Source of the DNA: Haplodiscus bocki
Taxonomy: Eukaryota
Assembly: GCA_965655095.1 (NCBI GenBank)
Contig: OZ296655.1
Coordinates: 84,506,001 to 84,570,000 of the forward strand
Length of the DNA: 64,000 nucleotides
Reading direction: 5' to 3'
Both the position numbers and the translations under genes were made by a program. The notes below the pieces were generated by a model. The model did no database searches and was not told the origin of the DNA. It saw nothing but the letters and a program-made list of their open reading frames with translations. How positions within the stretch are numbered: the stretch's first letter is position 1; each line of letters begins with the position of its first letter. Below are positions 25,950 through 39,699 of the stretch, piece after piece.

Positions 25950-26750
25950 ACAGTACACCTTTGATGTTCTTATCTCTCAAGATTCCTGTCCAAGCGTACC
26001 ATCGACTCTATTTCACACTGCATTCGACACAATCAATGGAGAGCCTCATGCTGGTCTGCACGCTGACCAATATATTTTTAACCAATAGCAATTTATGCAG
26101 TTCCCGCAAAAACGGCCATCGATTTTCATTTTCGACCGTTTTCAAGGCCAAATGAACTTTTGAAAAAACAGAGAACCAATCAAAGCTGCATCCTACGTTT
26201 CTCGGAACTGCCAACCTTTTCTAATGTCCTTGGATAATAAAGGTCCATCAAACCCTGCCTCTGAAGAGAATCTTTGCGTCTGTGTATTACTGCCATTTTA
26301 GTAAATACCATGTCACTATACCAACTCCAGAAAGTACTGCTCACTACGCTGAAAACTCATTGATTCATACTGGATATCAAAATTTGGTCATCATAATTAT
26401 CTAATCACCGGTAGAAGACTTAAAAAACTCAACACAGAAATTGCCAATTGCTGTAATCTGTTTGAAAATAAAGATTCCCCAAAACTTTCACTTTGGTAAC
26501 ATGCACTTGTTGAAGTTCAGAGAAAAATTTTTAAACACATCTTCGATTTTTTCTACATGATACTCCTGAAAACTGACCTATCCAGGTACATTCTTTTGCT
26601 TAAGCCTACAAGGCTCAACTTTTGTCAAATTTGCTCACCTCACCAATTTCATTTGTTTTTCAAAGGCAACCGCGAAGTCCACTGAATTTTGTTCGAAATT
26701 TTTCTCATGGTAAATTTTACGAATGTACTGAACAATAATGCTCTGATTTA
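25950..26750 (+). pseudogene. Integrase remnant (first of eight + strand core copies)
   Basis: EPHAGLH (zinc region); DNKGPSNPASE; ISKFGHHNYLITGR; LVEVQ. Confidence 0.85.
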
Positions 26751-28659
26751 CCACCTTATTCATTTTACCAATGCATTGATTTGAATCCGCTGTTTGGAAG
26801 CAAAATGTTGAAACACATTTCTACTTGATTCCATGCTTTTGGAACAGCAATGCTGCATTTTTTCTCCGAAAGTTTAAGAAACCCAGTAAAAAAAGGAGTA
26901 GTCCTCCTTATACAATGCAAGACACGCTCCATCTTGATGAACCGTTACCATTAATTTCAATAGGCTCATATTGTGTTTTCAAAGTTATTCCATTTTCATG
27001 AGAACTGAAACCTTTCGACATGGTCCGTGCAAACCAACAAACAAGCCTTGCGATTCCACGTGGGAGATTTTAACACAAAACGGAAAAACATATCACACAC
27101 ATCGAAATCAATTCATTCCAAATTTTCCAAAGGAACCTTTGCTTTTCCTCACAGTGAATGATACCATTAAAAAGTTCTTGTAACAAACCGTGGTTTTGAT
27201 AGAGCAGCCATGATTCGCATTGACTCATTGAGGTCAAATGAGACTTTTGAACTAGATGATGGTATGTTTACGGTGATTGTCTCTATAATGACAATGATAC
27301 ACGTCCATTATGTTTGAAAATGAATAATAGATATCTGTAAATTTATCTAACTATCATCATCCCTATCAACCAAAATCCGATTCTGAAAATTGATCAAGGC
27401 CATCAAAAGTTCAATCCTTCAACAACTTCCATGAATTGAATGGTCTTCTTGATACTGGGAAAAAAACGACTCTCCGAAGTCATCAACTGACAAATAAAAT
27501 TTTTTCCTGCATTTTAGGCAATCACAAGCGTTCAGTAGAAATACCGGAACGAAAATTGATTTAGAAACACCAACTAATGAAAATTATTGTCTTACCTCCA
27601 TCACCTTTTAATTCGTATAAACAATCAATTTCACGTGTTTCAAAATAGACAAAACCGCCCATCGAAGTTAATGAAATATCCACAAAAGTTTTTACTTCTT
27701 CTTCATAGATTGTGTATCTTGCATTTTAACTCTGAAACTGTTAATCAATTTGCAATTAATTCCAACAACTGAAAAAGATAAGTTTTCTCTCAAAAACTGA
27801 AACTGAAAGCCCAACACTGACTTGGCTCAAGATAATCGAGTGAAACCTGTACATTACAATAAGTAAACAGGAAAATGTATTTCCTTCACAGAAGGTTGAT
27901 TGCCAATCAATTTTAGTTGGTTTCGGAAATGATCATTTCTCCATCCGTGTTAACGCCGGAGGAGAGAAAAGAATATTTCAAACACTGGATTCTTTCTATT
28001 TGAACTGTAAAACTATTTCAAAGTAACAAACAAATCAAGAAAAGAACCAAAACGTTAGTGGAGCAATCAGATAACCTGAATGATTCCATTATCACTGATA
28101 ATGACGATCCGGTTAAAACTATAATACCACGAACTGAATAACAATACATCTACCTCTGAAAAAGATGACGATTCTGAAGAAGAAAAATAGCGAAAGATTT
28201 TTTTCATGGAACATGTCCCTCTTTAACAGAGCAACTATTGAAAATGTCATCCTTTGATTCATCACTTTTCAAACACACATCCATATTCAATGAATTGTCT
28301 TTATCTCCTGATACTCCATTGGATATCGAAGCAATTTTGAAATATCGAAAACGATATCAGAAAAAGGTTTACAACCGGATCACTGAAAATTCACAGACTG
28401 TGACAAAAATTACCTAATGTTGCTGCTAGGTTACTTTGCTAGAAAACTATAAATTGATCCATAAACTGTAGACTGATGAACATATCACACTGATGAATAC
28501 TAAAAACCAAACTCTGAAAAACAAATATAAACTTCCATAGTATACTGATGATAGTCTCTCCTCTCAAGACTCCCGTCTATGCTTAACATTGACGCTGTTT
28601 CACTCTGCATTTGATAAAGTTGAAAAGCGGTCTCAAGCAGCCTGCAGACTGCCCAATAC

Positions 28660-30060
28660 AATTTGAACCAATACCATTTTATGGAAATCCTGCAAAAACG
28701 GTTATCAATTTTCATTTTCTAATGTATTCAATGCCAAACGAAATATTAAAAAAACCTCAGACAAATCCAAACTGCATCTTACCTATCTCAAACCTTCATC
28801 ATGTTTCAACCATAGGATATCTTTGGATACCAAAGGTCCATTAAACGCTAATTCTGAAGGAAATCATTGCATCTGTGTAAACTTTGATCACTTTAGCAAT
28901 TACATTGTCACCATACCAACTCCGAAACAAAATGCTCACTACACTTAAAACTCATTGATCCATCAAAGGATATCAAAAGTCGGACTACTCAAAAATCTGA
29001 TCATGGCTAGAGGAAAAGAATGTTTCAGAACTGAAAAAACTAATTGCTGTTCTCTGTTTAAAAATCAACAATCTCCAAAAACTTTATTTGGACAAATGGT
29101 CTTGATGAAGCAGAGAAAAAAAACTTTGAAACCTATTCAGTTTTTACAATTCCTGCAAAAACGGCTATCAATTTCCATTTTTGACCGTTTTCAATGCCAA
29201 ATGAATTGTTAAAAATCATAGAACCAATCAAAGCTGCATCTTATTTTACACGAACTTGCCAATTTTTTTTAAACCATAGGCTCTTTATGGATACTAAAGG
29301 TCCATTAAACGCTGCTTCTGCATGATATCATTGCATCTGTGTATTTCTTGATCACTTCAGCAATTACATTGTCACCATACCAACTCCAGGAGAAAATGCT
29401 CACTACACTGCAAACTCTTTAATTCACCAAAATATATCAGAATTTGGACCTCAAAAACATCTGATCACAGCAAGAGGAATTGAAAATTTCAGCACTGAAA
29501 ATATTAATTGCTGCATTCTGTTTGAAATTCAACATTCTCCAAAAAATTCACATTGGAAGGATGGACTTGATGAAGTACAGAATTTGAAGTTTTGAAACCG
29601 ATGCATCATATACAATTCCTGCAGAAACGGCTATCAATTTCCATTTTCGACCATTTTCAATTCCAGATGAACTTTCAAAAAAAATCATAGAACAAATCAG
29701 AGCTGCATCTTATTTTTTTGGAACTGCCAACTTTTTTGAACCATACGACCTCTTTGTATACTAAAGGTCCATTAAACGCTGTCCCTGAAAAAAATCATTG
29801 CATCTGTGTACTTTTTGATCTTCCTAGCAATTACATCGTCACCATACCAACTCCAGAAAAAAATGCTAACTACACTGCAAACTCATCGATTCACCGAAGG
29901 ATATCAAAGTTGGACCACCTAAAAATTGATCACTGCTGGAGGAATTGAAAAACTTAGCACTGAAATTGCCATTTGCTGTTCTCTGTTTGAAATTAAAATC
30001 TCACCAAAACCTTCACTTTGGCAAGATGGACTTGATGAAGTACAGAATGAAAACATTGAA
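28660..30060 (+). repeat. Tandem triplication (~465 bp) of the integrase catalytic core
   Basis: (DT)KGPLNA anchors at ~28832, ~29295, ~29762. Confidence 0.92.
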
Positions 30061-32219
30061 AACCTTCTGTGGTTGTTTCCACTTGATACTCCTGAAATTT
30101 GACCTATTCAGGAAAATTTTTTGCTAAAGCCCACAAAACCCAACTTTTGTCAAAATTGGATGTCTCACCAATTGCATTTGTTTTTCAAAGGCAACCGCGA
30201 AGTCCACTGAAGTTTCTTCCAAAATTTTATCAAAGCAAATTTTTTGAATGTACTTAACACTACTGCTTTGATTTACCACTTTATTCACTTTATCAATCCA
30301 TTCATTCGAATCCGTGGTTTCAAAGCAAAATGTTGAAACCCATCTCTACTTGATTCCATGCTTTTGGAACAGCAATGCTGCATTTTTTCTCCGAAAGTTT
30401 AAGAAACGCAGTAAAAAAAGGAGTAGTCCTCCTTATACAATGCAAGACACGCTCCATCTTGATGAAGCGTTACCATTAATTCCAATAGTCTCATATTGTG
30501 TTTTCAAAGTTATTCCGTTTTCATGAGAACTGAAACCTTTCGACATGGTCCGTGCAAACCAACAAACAAGCCTTGCGATTCCACGTGGGAGATTTTAACA
30601 CAAAACGGAAAAACATATCACACACATCGAAATCAATTCATTCCAAATTTTCCAAAGGAACCTTTGCTTTTCCTCACAGTGAATGATACCATTAAAAAAT
30701 TCTTGTAACAAACCGTGGTTTTGATAGAGCAGCCATGATTCACATTGACTCATTGACGTCAAATGAGACTTTTGAACTAGATGGTGGTATGTTTACGGTG
30801 ATTGTCTCTATAATGACCATGATACACGTCCACTCTGTTTGAAAATGAACAATACAAACTTGTAATTTCATCTAATTAGCATCATCCCTCTCAGTCAAAA
30901 TCCGATAATGAAAATTGATAAACGCCTTCAAAAAGTTCAATCTTTCAAAATTTCCCCTGAAATGAATGGTCTTCCTGATACTGAAAAAAAAACGACACTC
31001 CGAAGTCATCAACTGACAAATCAAATTCTTCTCTGCATTGTAAGCAATCACAAGCGTTTAGTAGAAAAACCGGAGCGAAAATAGATTTCCAAACACAAAC
31101 CAAAGAAAACTATTGTCTTTCTTCCCATCACCTTTTATTCCGCATGAACAATCATTTCCACGTGTTTCAAAGTGGACAAATCTGCCCATTGCATCTATTG
31201 AAATGTCCACAGAAGTTTTTCCTTCTTCTTCAAAGATTGTGTATCTTGCATTTTAACTCTGAAACTGCTGATCATTTTCCAATCATTTTCAACAATTGAA
31301 AGTGAATAAATTTCTCCCAAAACTGAAACTGAAACCACAAAAATGACTTGGCTCAAGATAATGGAGTGAAACCTGTACATTACAATAATTAAACAGGAAA
31401 TGTATTTCCTTCACAGAAGGATGATTGTCATTCAATTTTCGTTGATTTCGGAAATGATCGATTCTCCATTAGTGTTTAACGCTGAAGAAGAGAAAACAAT
31501 TTTTTAAACACTCGATTCATTCTATTTGAAACTGTAAAACTATATCTAATTCAATTCAGGAAACAAATCAAGAAAAGATTCGAGACGTTAGTGGAACAAT
31601 CAGTTACTCTGAGTGATTCCAATATCACTGATAAAGATGATCCGATTGAGACTAATCTAACACGAGCTGACAATCGTTTTCAATGTTTTTTATCACTGAA
31701 TAACAATATATCTACCTCTGAAAAAGATGACGATCCTGAAGATGAAAATCTACAAAAGACTTTTTCACGGAACATGTCCCTCTTTAATAAAGCAACTTTT
31801 ACAAATTTCATTCTTTGATTCATCACTTTTCAAACACACATCCAAAATCAATCAATTGTCTTTATCCCCTGATTCTCCAGTGGATATCGAAACAATACTG
31901 AAATATCCAAAACGATATCAGAAAAAGGTTTACAAATGGATCACTGGAAATTCACTGACTGTAACAAAATCACCTCTACTAAGGCTGGGTTACCTTGCTA
32001 GAAAACTAGATAATATTCCACAAACTGTAAACTGATGAACATACCACACTGATCTTTACAAAAGCAACTTCTGAAAATTAGGGAAAAACTTCCATAGTAT
32101 ACTGAAGATAGTCTCTGCTCTCAAAGATTCACTTCGATGCTTAACATTGAAGTTGTTTCACTCTGCATTTGGTAAAGTTCATGAGCGTTCTCAGGCAGCA
32201 TGCACACTGCCCAATGCAA

Positions 32220-33610
32220 GTTTACTCAATACCATTTTATGCAATTCCTTCAAAAACGGCTATCAGTTTTCATTTTCTGCTCTATTCAAAGCCAAATGAA
32301 TTAATAAAAAATCATGAAACAAATCAAAACTGCATCCTACCTATCTCCAAACCGTCAACATTTTTCAAACTATAGGACATTTTTGGGTACCAAAGGTCCA
32401 TTAAACGCTGCCTCTGAAGGAAATCCTTGCATGTTTGTTTTTTTTTATTTTTTTAACAATTACATTGCCACCATACCAACTCCAGACAAAAATGCTCACT
32501 ACACTGCGAGTACGTTGATTCACCAGAGGTTATCAAAATTCGGACCTCTCAAAAATCTGATCAAAGCTTGGGGAATTGAAATTTTTAGAACTGAAAATAT
32601 CAATCGCTGTTCTCTGTTTAAAATTCAACATGCTCCAAAAACTTCACTTTGGACAACTGGACTTGAAGAAAAATATTGAAACCTATGCAACGCATACAAT
32701 TCCTGCAAAAATGGCTATCAACTTCCGTTTTTGACCGTTTTCAGTGCCAAATGAATTAATAAAAAATCAAACAAGAAAACATGGCTGCATCCTATTTTCC
32801 TCGAAACTGCCAACTTTTTTTAAACCATAGGTTATCTATGTATACTGGAGGTCGATTAAACGCTGCGTTGGAAGCAAATAGTTGCATCTGTTTATTTTTT
32901 GATGATTTTAGCAATTACATTGTCACCATACCAACTCCAGGAGAAAATGCTCACTACACTGCAAACTCTTTAATTCACCAAAATATATCAGAATTTGGAC
33001 CTCAAAAACATCTGATCACAGCAAGAGGAATTGAAAATTTCAGCACTGAAAATATTAATTGCTGCATTCTGTTTGAAATTCAACATTCTCCAAAAAATTC
33101 ACATTGGAAGGATGGACTTGATGAAGTACAGAATTTGAAGTTTTGAAACCGATGCATCATATACAATTCCTGCAGAAACGGCTATCAATTTCCATTTTCG
33201 ACCATTTTCAATTCCAGATGAACTTTCAAAAAAAAATCATTGAACAAATCAGAGCTGCATCTTATTTTTTTGGAACTGCCAACTTTTTTGAACCATACGA
33301 CCTCTTTGTATACTAAAGGTCCATTAAACGCTGTCCCTGAAAAAAATCATTGCATCTGTGTACTTTTTGATCTTCCTAGCAATTACATCGTCACCATACC
33401 AACTCCAGAAAAAAATGCTAACTACACTGCAAACTCATCGATTCACCGAAGGATATCAAAGTTGGACCACCTAAAAAATTGATCACTGCTGGAGGAATTG
33501 AAAAACTTAGCACTGAAGTTGCCATTTGCTGTTCTCTGTTTGAAATTAAAATCTCACCAAAACCTTCACTTGGTAAGATGGACTTGATGAAGTACAGAAT
33601 GAAAACATTG
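32220..33610 (+). repeat. Second copy of the integrase-core triplication
   Basis: Anchors at ~32392, ~32846, ~33315; ORFs 32314, 32781 and 33240 all contain xNYIxTIPTPxxNAxYTA. Confidence 0.92.
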
Positions 33611-34543
33611 AAAACCTTCTGCGATTGTTTCCACTTGATACTCCTGAAAATTGACCTATTCAGGTACGCTTTTTTTGGTAAAGCCTACAGAACTCAACCT
33701 TTGTCAAGTTTGCATGTTTCAATAACAAGCCTCAAATGGAAAGACCGGAATGGAAACTGATTCATGAACAAAACTGATAAAAATTTTTGTCCTTCCTTCC
33801 ATCTTTTTTTAATCTGGATATACAATCAAAGTCAGGTAATTCAAACTGGATAAAATTGCCCGTCGAAATTGAACTGAAAGATCTACAATAGTTTTTCCCT
33901 TTTTCTTCTTAGATTGCATATATCGCATTCTTACTCTGGAATTTTAATCAATTTGCAAGCAATTCCAACAACTGAAAGTAAAGAGTCTTCTCTTGAAACA
34001 GAAACTGAAAGCCCGACACTAAATCGGCTCAAAAATTTCGAACAAAACAAGTACATTCAAAAAGCTAAACATGAAACTATAATTCCCTCACAAACTGAGG
34101 ATGATTGCCATCCAATTTTAATTGATTTCAGAATTCATCAACTCTCTTTTGGTATTAGCAAGTAAGAAAAGAAACGATAATGTAAACAATGGACTCATTT
34201 TCCTTTCAAGTTGTATACCCATTCCAAAATCAATATAAAGAAATTCCAGAGTTTTTCCAAAATGATATTAAAACAGCCCGTTATTCTTGATGATACCGAT
34301 ATCGCTGATACTGATGATCCCTTTGATAAAAAGATATTTCAAGACGATAGTGCTTTTCAACCTGTTTTTTCGCTGCTTGATATTCCATCTACGTCTGAAA
34401 AAGATATTGACTCTGAAGATGAAAGTCTACAGCTGGAAAAATTTCATGAAACATATCCGTCTATAATGAAGCACTGATTGAGCAAGTGTTTCTTTGATAC
34501 AACATTTTTCGAACGCAGAGCCAAACTCAATGAACTCTCTTTA

Positions 34544-34560
34544 CCCCCCCCCCCCCCCCC
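34544..34560 (+). repeat. C17 homopolymer
   Basis: Paralogous blocks have only tctcct / tcccct at this site. Confidence 0.9.
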
Positions 34561-37459
34561 GATCCTCCAATGGATATCGAAACAATATTGAAATATCATG
34601 AACAAGATACGGCAAATGTCTATAAATGGATCACTGAAAATTCAGGTCTGTTAAAAGATAACCTGTTATTACTGCTGGTCCAGTCTTGATAGAAAACTTT
34701 AGAATATTCCAAAATCTGTCAACTGATAAACATACCATACTGGAAAATTTAAAAAAGATAGCATTTCCGGAAAACAAAGATAATCTTGCACCCTAGACTG
34801 ATAAACTTTTTACCTCTCAAGATTCTCGTCTATGCTACCTTTGACTATGTTTTACTCTGTATTCGATCAATTTCATGGACACTCTCATGTTGGCCTGTAC
34901 AATGCCCGAAAAGAAGAACCAATACCATGATATAGCTTCTCCGCAAAAGTGGTTATTAATTATCATTGTTGACTATATTTCTTGCCAAATGAATCAACAC
35001 AAAATCATGAAGCAGAACAAAACTGCGTCATCCTTTTCTCGAAACTGTCAGTTTCTTTCAGTCAAACAATATCTATCATTACTACAGGACCATCAAACCC
35101 TGGCTCTTGAGGAATTCCTTATCTTTTGTGCCATTCTTGACCATTTCAGCTAATAAAATGTCTTTGTATCGATTCCTGAAAAAAAGTTGCTCACTGCGCT
35201 TTAAACTCATTCATTCAGCACTTAATATCAAGTTTCGGATCTCTTCATTACCTGAGCAGAAGCAAAGGAAAGGAATATCGCAATACTGAAGTTGCGAAGC
35301 GCTGTAGTGTGTTAAAAATGAGAAATATAAAAATTTTCAATGAAATCCACTGTGGAAAAATGGACTTGTTGAATTGCCGAATAGACATCTTGTTACCAAT
35401 CTGCGAATGATGCTACATGATGCTTTTCAAGTCTGGCCTCTCCAAGTAGAAATCTTCGATTTTGCTCCCAAAACTCAACAATTGCCACATTTGCATGTTT
35501 CACTATATAGAACTATTTTTCATACGCCACCGCCACTTCCTTTCAATTTTCTATTAAATTTTTTTCTTGAAAAAATTTTTAGTAAATGTACCGAACAAAA
35601 CTGCTCTAAGTTACAACACCATCCTCATTATCAATCCATTGATTTGAATCCGTTGCTCAAAGCATTTAGTTCAAACAGATTTCTACCTAAATTCTTGCTA
35701 TTGGAACAGCAATGTTGCAATTTCAAACAGAATTTTACCAAAGCTCAATCGAAAAAATAAAAATTTTTGCCTTTATAATACATGACGCAACCCATCTTGA
35801 AAAACCATTGCTATTAAACTCACTTGTTTTACGTCGGATTATTAAGGCTGTTCAAGTGTCAGACTAGCTGAAACCCTAAGTTTCACACTAGCTGAAACCC
35901 TTCGATATGGTCTTTTCAAATTTACAAACAAGCCAAAGCATGTCACGTATGAGCTTTCAACACAAAACGGAAAAACGTTTCGTACAAATTAAAATCATCT
36001 CAATCCGTATTATCCGAAAAAAAAAGCTTTTTCTCACATTGAATGATAACAATAACAGAATCTTATGAAAACTGAAAGCTCTGATACATCGGACATAGGT
36101 CACAAGGTCTTTTTTGTCTAATGATACTTCTGAAGTTGATGATAATGTCTTCGATGATAATCAAATCTGTAATGACTATGAAAAAATGTCAGTTGTGCAT
36201 GACAATGAAAACTAAAACAAACGTTAGGTCTTAGGTGACTACAATCATCATTCTTGATCAAAATCTGTTTCTCAAAAAGAACCAAGATTTCAAAAGTTCA
36301 ATCCTCGAACACGTTCTCTGAACTAGATTACCTTCTTGATACTGGAGCTTTTCACGACTTTCCGAAATCATCAAATGACAAATCGAACTCCTCTCGGCAT
36401 TTAAACCGATCAGAAGCCTCCAATAGAATTACCGGAACGAAAATTGATTTACGAGCACAATTGAGAAAAAAATCATTTTCTTCAATTCCAATACCTCTCA
36501 CTCCAGATGAACGATCTTTTCCACGTATTTCACATTGGAAAAAGTTCTCATCGAAAGTCTATGGAAGTAATTACATTTTTTCCAGCTCTTCGAAGATTAA
36601 ATTTCCAGCTGTCTAACTTTGAAACACCGTTTTTCAATTTGGAAACAATTCCAACAAACTGAAATTAAGAATTTCTTCTTGAAACTCGAACTGCAAAATT
36701 TACATTTTGGAACGAACACCACTGTTAAATAAAAAACTCAAATCATTTTGAAACATTTCAAAACTTATTCTTCTGCTTCGAACGCAATTGACGAAATTTT
36801 GTATACATTTGAACCTGAAATCCCACTAACTGAAATTTAATTTCCGTCACTGATGTAAGTCCGGATGCATCTGAAAGGAACAATCATCGCCTGCGCCTGC
36901 CTCTGAAGTGAACTCAAAAAATATAGATACTGGATCCAAAATATAAACATCATTTTATTCTGAAAAACCTAAATCTTCCGCCGGGAACTACACTTTTCTC
37001 TAACCCCTCATAAATCCCCTCCATCGGCGATACCTGTAGCGTCGGCTATCGCCACAGATATCATACCTCGAAATATCGATATCCTGGATCAATATGATAG
37101 AGACCTTCCTCCATTTCTTTTACCGCCTCCACATCTGACTAAAGCTGCAGCTAGGAACTCAAAATCTTTCAAACACTGAAAATCATTTAATGCCATATTC
37201 TCATCCTGTGATAAACCTTTTTCTTCTTTTCTGCATAAAAAATTGATCAACCATCTACTTCTGTAAACACACCTAAACTCAAAAATGCCTTTGCTGTCAG
37301 CTTTGAAACTTTTTCTTAGTTATACCCAAAAATATCATCGAGTTTTTAATCCACATCTTCTGCCGAAGATGTTTTGAATTCTGAACCTGAAGACTCTTAG
37401 TCAAACGATACAATAACACTTTCTTCTCAAACTGTGACTAATTTTTTGAATTTAGATCT

Positions 37460-39050
37460 TGATTGATTAATTCATCGTCGTTTTTTTGTATCAATATCGA
37501 ATTCGCTCCCTGCAATATTGTGTCATGGAAAAGTTCGATGTTTAAATTGACTAAAAGTCGGAATTGGACGAGGATTCCATCCGACGAATTTTACAGTTTC
37601 TTCAAACTTCAAAAGAGTTGTAGTTTGGGTCAATCTTTTCATTTCTCGTTAGTGAATCCTGTTAGAAAAGTGCAGACTAAGGTTTCTTCTGTTTACAGGG
37701 TTGAATGAAATATCTCAGGTCTTGTCTGGGATGATTGGACTTTTGATTAACAGGTATCAGTGGTTATTTATTTGGATCAAGTCTAGGAGGTCTAGAGTTT
37801 CCGTCTAGCGATATATGATTTTTGGTCTCCAAATTTATGAGTAGGTTTTTGATATGAATGATCAAGGAAAGAGGTTCGAATAGCAGACGAATGTCTCGAT
37901 GAAATTTGAGATTCAGAGAGATAAGAAGAAACATTCTCAGGAGCAGATAATTGAGATCGCGGGTGATGACGCAATAATGCAGAGATTGAACTTCATATTG
38001 ATCTGGTACGAGAAGAGGACGATGGAGGAATCGGAATTGATCTCAAAATAAAGAATGAGTCACTGTTTAGGAAGAAGATTTCTTTGTATCGTTTGACTGA
38101 GAATCTTCCAGTTAACAATTCAGTAAAATCATCAATATAGGATGTGAATTAGAAACTTTAAGATAACCTTGGATACAAAGGAGAAAACGTTTCAGAGCTG
38201 ATAACATAGGCAGTGTTGAGTTTAGGTGTCTTTACAGAAGTAGATGGTTCATCAATTTTTTTTGCAGAAAAGAATTTGTCGGTTTATCACAGGATGAGAA
38301 TGTAGCATCAATTGGCTTTCAGCCTTTGAAAAATTTTGATTTTGTAGCTACAGCTTCAGTCAGAGGTGGAGGCGGTAAAAGAAATGGCGGAAGGTCTATA
38401 TCATATGGATCCAAGATATGGATCAGTCAAGCGTTGATAGCTGTGGTGATAGCCGAAGCTAGCGGTATTTCTGATGGATAAGGTCTTGAGGCAATTAGAA
38501 AAAGTTTTTTAAGTTTTTTGACGAAGGTTTTACATCTTTCAGAATTAATTTTTGTTTATATTTTAGATCCAGTATCTATAATTTGTGAGTTTACTTCAAA
38601 GGCAGGCGAGGGCGATGATTGTTTTTCTCAGGTGCATCCGGTGTTACGTCAGTGGCGAAAAAAAACTTTCAGTTACCGGGACTTTTGGTTCAAATATATA
38701 TACACTTTTATCGAATGCGTTCGTATCAGAGGTATCAATATTGAAATGTTTCAAATTGATTTCAGATTCTTCATCAGACGCTGGTGCTTGTTCCAATATG
38801 TAAAACTTTCAGTTTCAGTTGCAAGAGAAAATTCCTCAATTTCAGTTTGCTGGAGTTTCTTCCAAGTTGAATCAAAAAGTGTCAAAGTTAAAAAGCAAGA
38901 GATACAATCTATGATAAGCAAGAAAAAAATTTGTTGATAAATCCATAGAATTTCGATGAGAATTTTTCCCATGTGACTTACCTGAAAACGATCGTTTATC
39001 CGTAGTGAGAAGTGTTGGAAGGAAAGACAAAAAAATTCTGTCTCAGTTGT
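37460..39050 (-). pseudogene. Decayed accessory ORF between integrase and env (mirror at ~36500-37458 +)
   Basis: KLQQTEIEEFSLATETESFTYWNKHQ in ORF 38751-39182; + copy has the homologous LETRTAKFTFWNEHH. Confidence 0.45.
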
Positions 39051-39699
39051 AGTCCTAAATCTTTTATTTTGTTCTGAAATTTCTATTGGAGGCTTCTGAT
39101 TGGTTAAAATGCAGAGATGAAATCGATTTGTCATTTGATGATTTCGGAAAGTCGTGAAAAGCTCCAGTATCAAGAAGATCATCTAGTTCATGGAACGTAT
39201 TCGAGGATTGAACTTTTGAAATCTTGGTTCTTTTGGAGAAACAGATTTTGATCAAGAATGATGATTGTAGTCATCTAAGATCACATGTTTGTTTTTTTCA
39301 TTGTCATGCACAACTGACGTGTGTTCATAGTCATTACAGATTTGTTTATCATCAAAGACATTATCATCAAATTCAGAAGTCTCATAAGACAAAAAAGACC
39401 TTGTGACCCATGTCCGATGCATCAGAGCTATCAGTTTTCATGAGATTCTGTTTTTGTTATCATTCAATGTGAGGAAAAAGCTTTTTTTTCGGATAATACG
39501 GATTGAGATGATTTTAATTTGTACGAAACGTTTTTCCGTTTTGTGTTGAAAGCTCATACGTGACATGCTTTGGCTTGTTTGTAAATTTGAAAAGACCATA
39601 TCGAAGGGTTTCAGCTAGTCTGAAACTTAGGGTTTCAGCTAGTCTGAAACTTGAACAGCCCTAAAAATCCGACGTAAAACAAGTGAATTTAATGGTACT

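Larger units (their letters stand above)
25200..36700 (+). repeat. Four tandem copies of the linker-integrase-3' block (starts ~25200, ~27830, ~31350, ~34025)
   Basis: Anchor cc(t/c)tcaca..ga.gattg...tgatttc.gaa at ~25261, ~27883, ~31408, ~34085. Near-identical 70-aa ORFs at 26971 and 30496 (3525 apart). Confidence 0.93.
17365..37458 (+). mobile_element. Giant Ty3/Gypsy family B, copy 1 (leader-gag-pol-3' ORF), with internal tandem duplications; truncated by inversion breakpoint
   Basis: Gag knuckle, PR, RT, RH and IN remnants in Gypsy order. Reverse-complement homology to 38040-48640 along its length. 5' limit uncertain. Confidence 0.9.

Noticed and set aside
28660-33610. CRISPR-like or functional multi-domain integrase array
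   Set aside because: Units are ~465-bp coding-derived repeats without unique spacers, and all are broken by stops and frameshifts.
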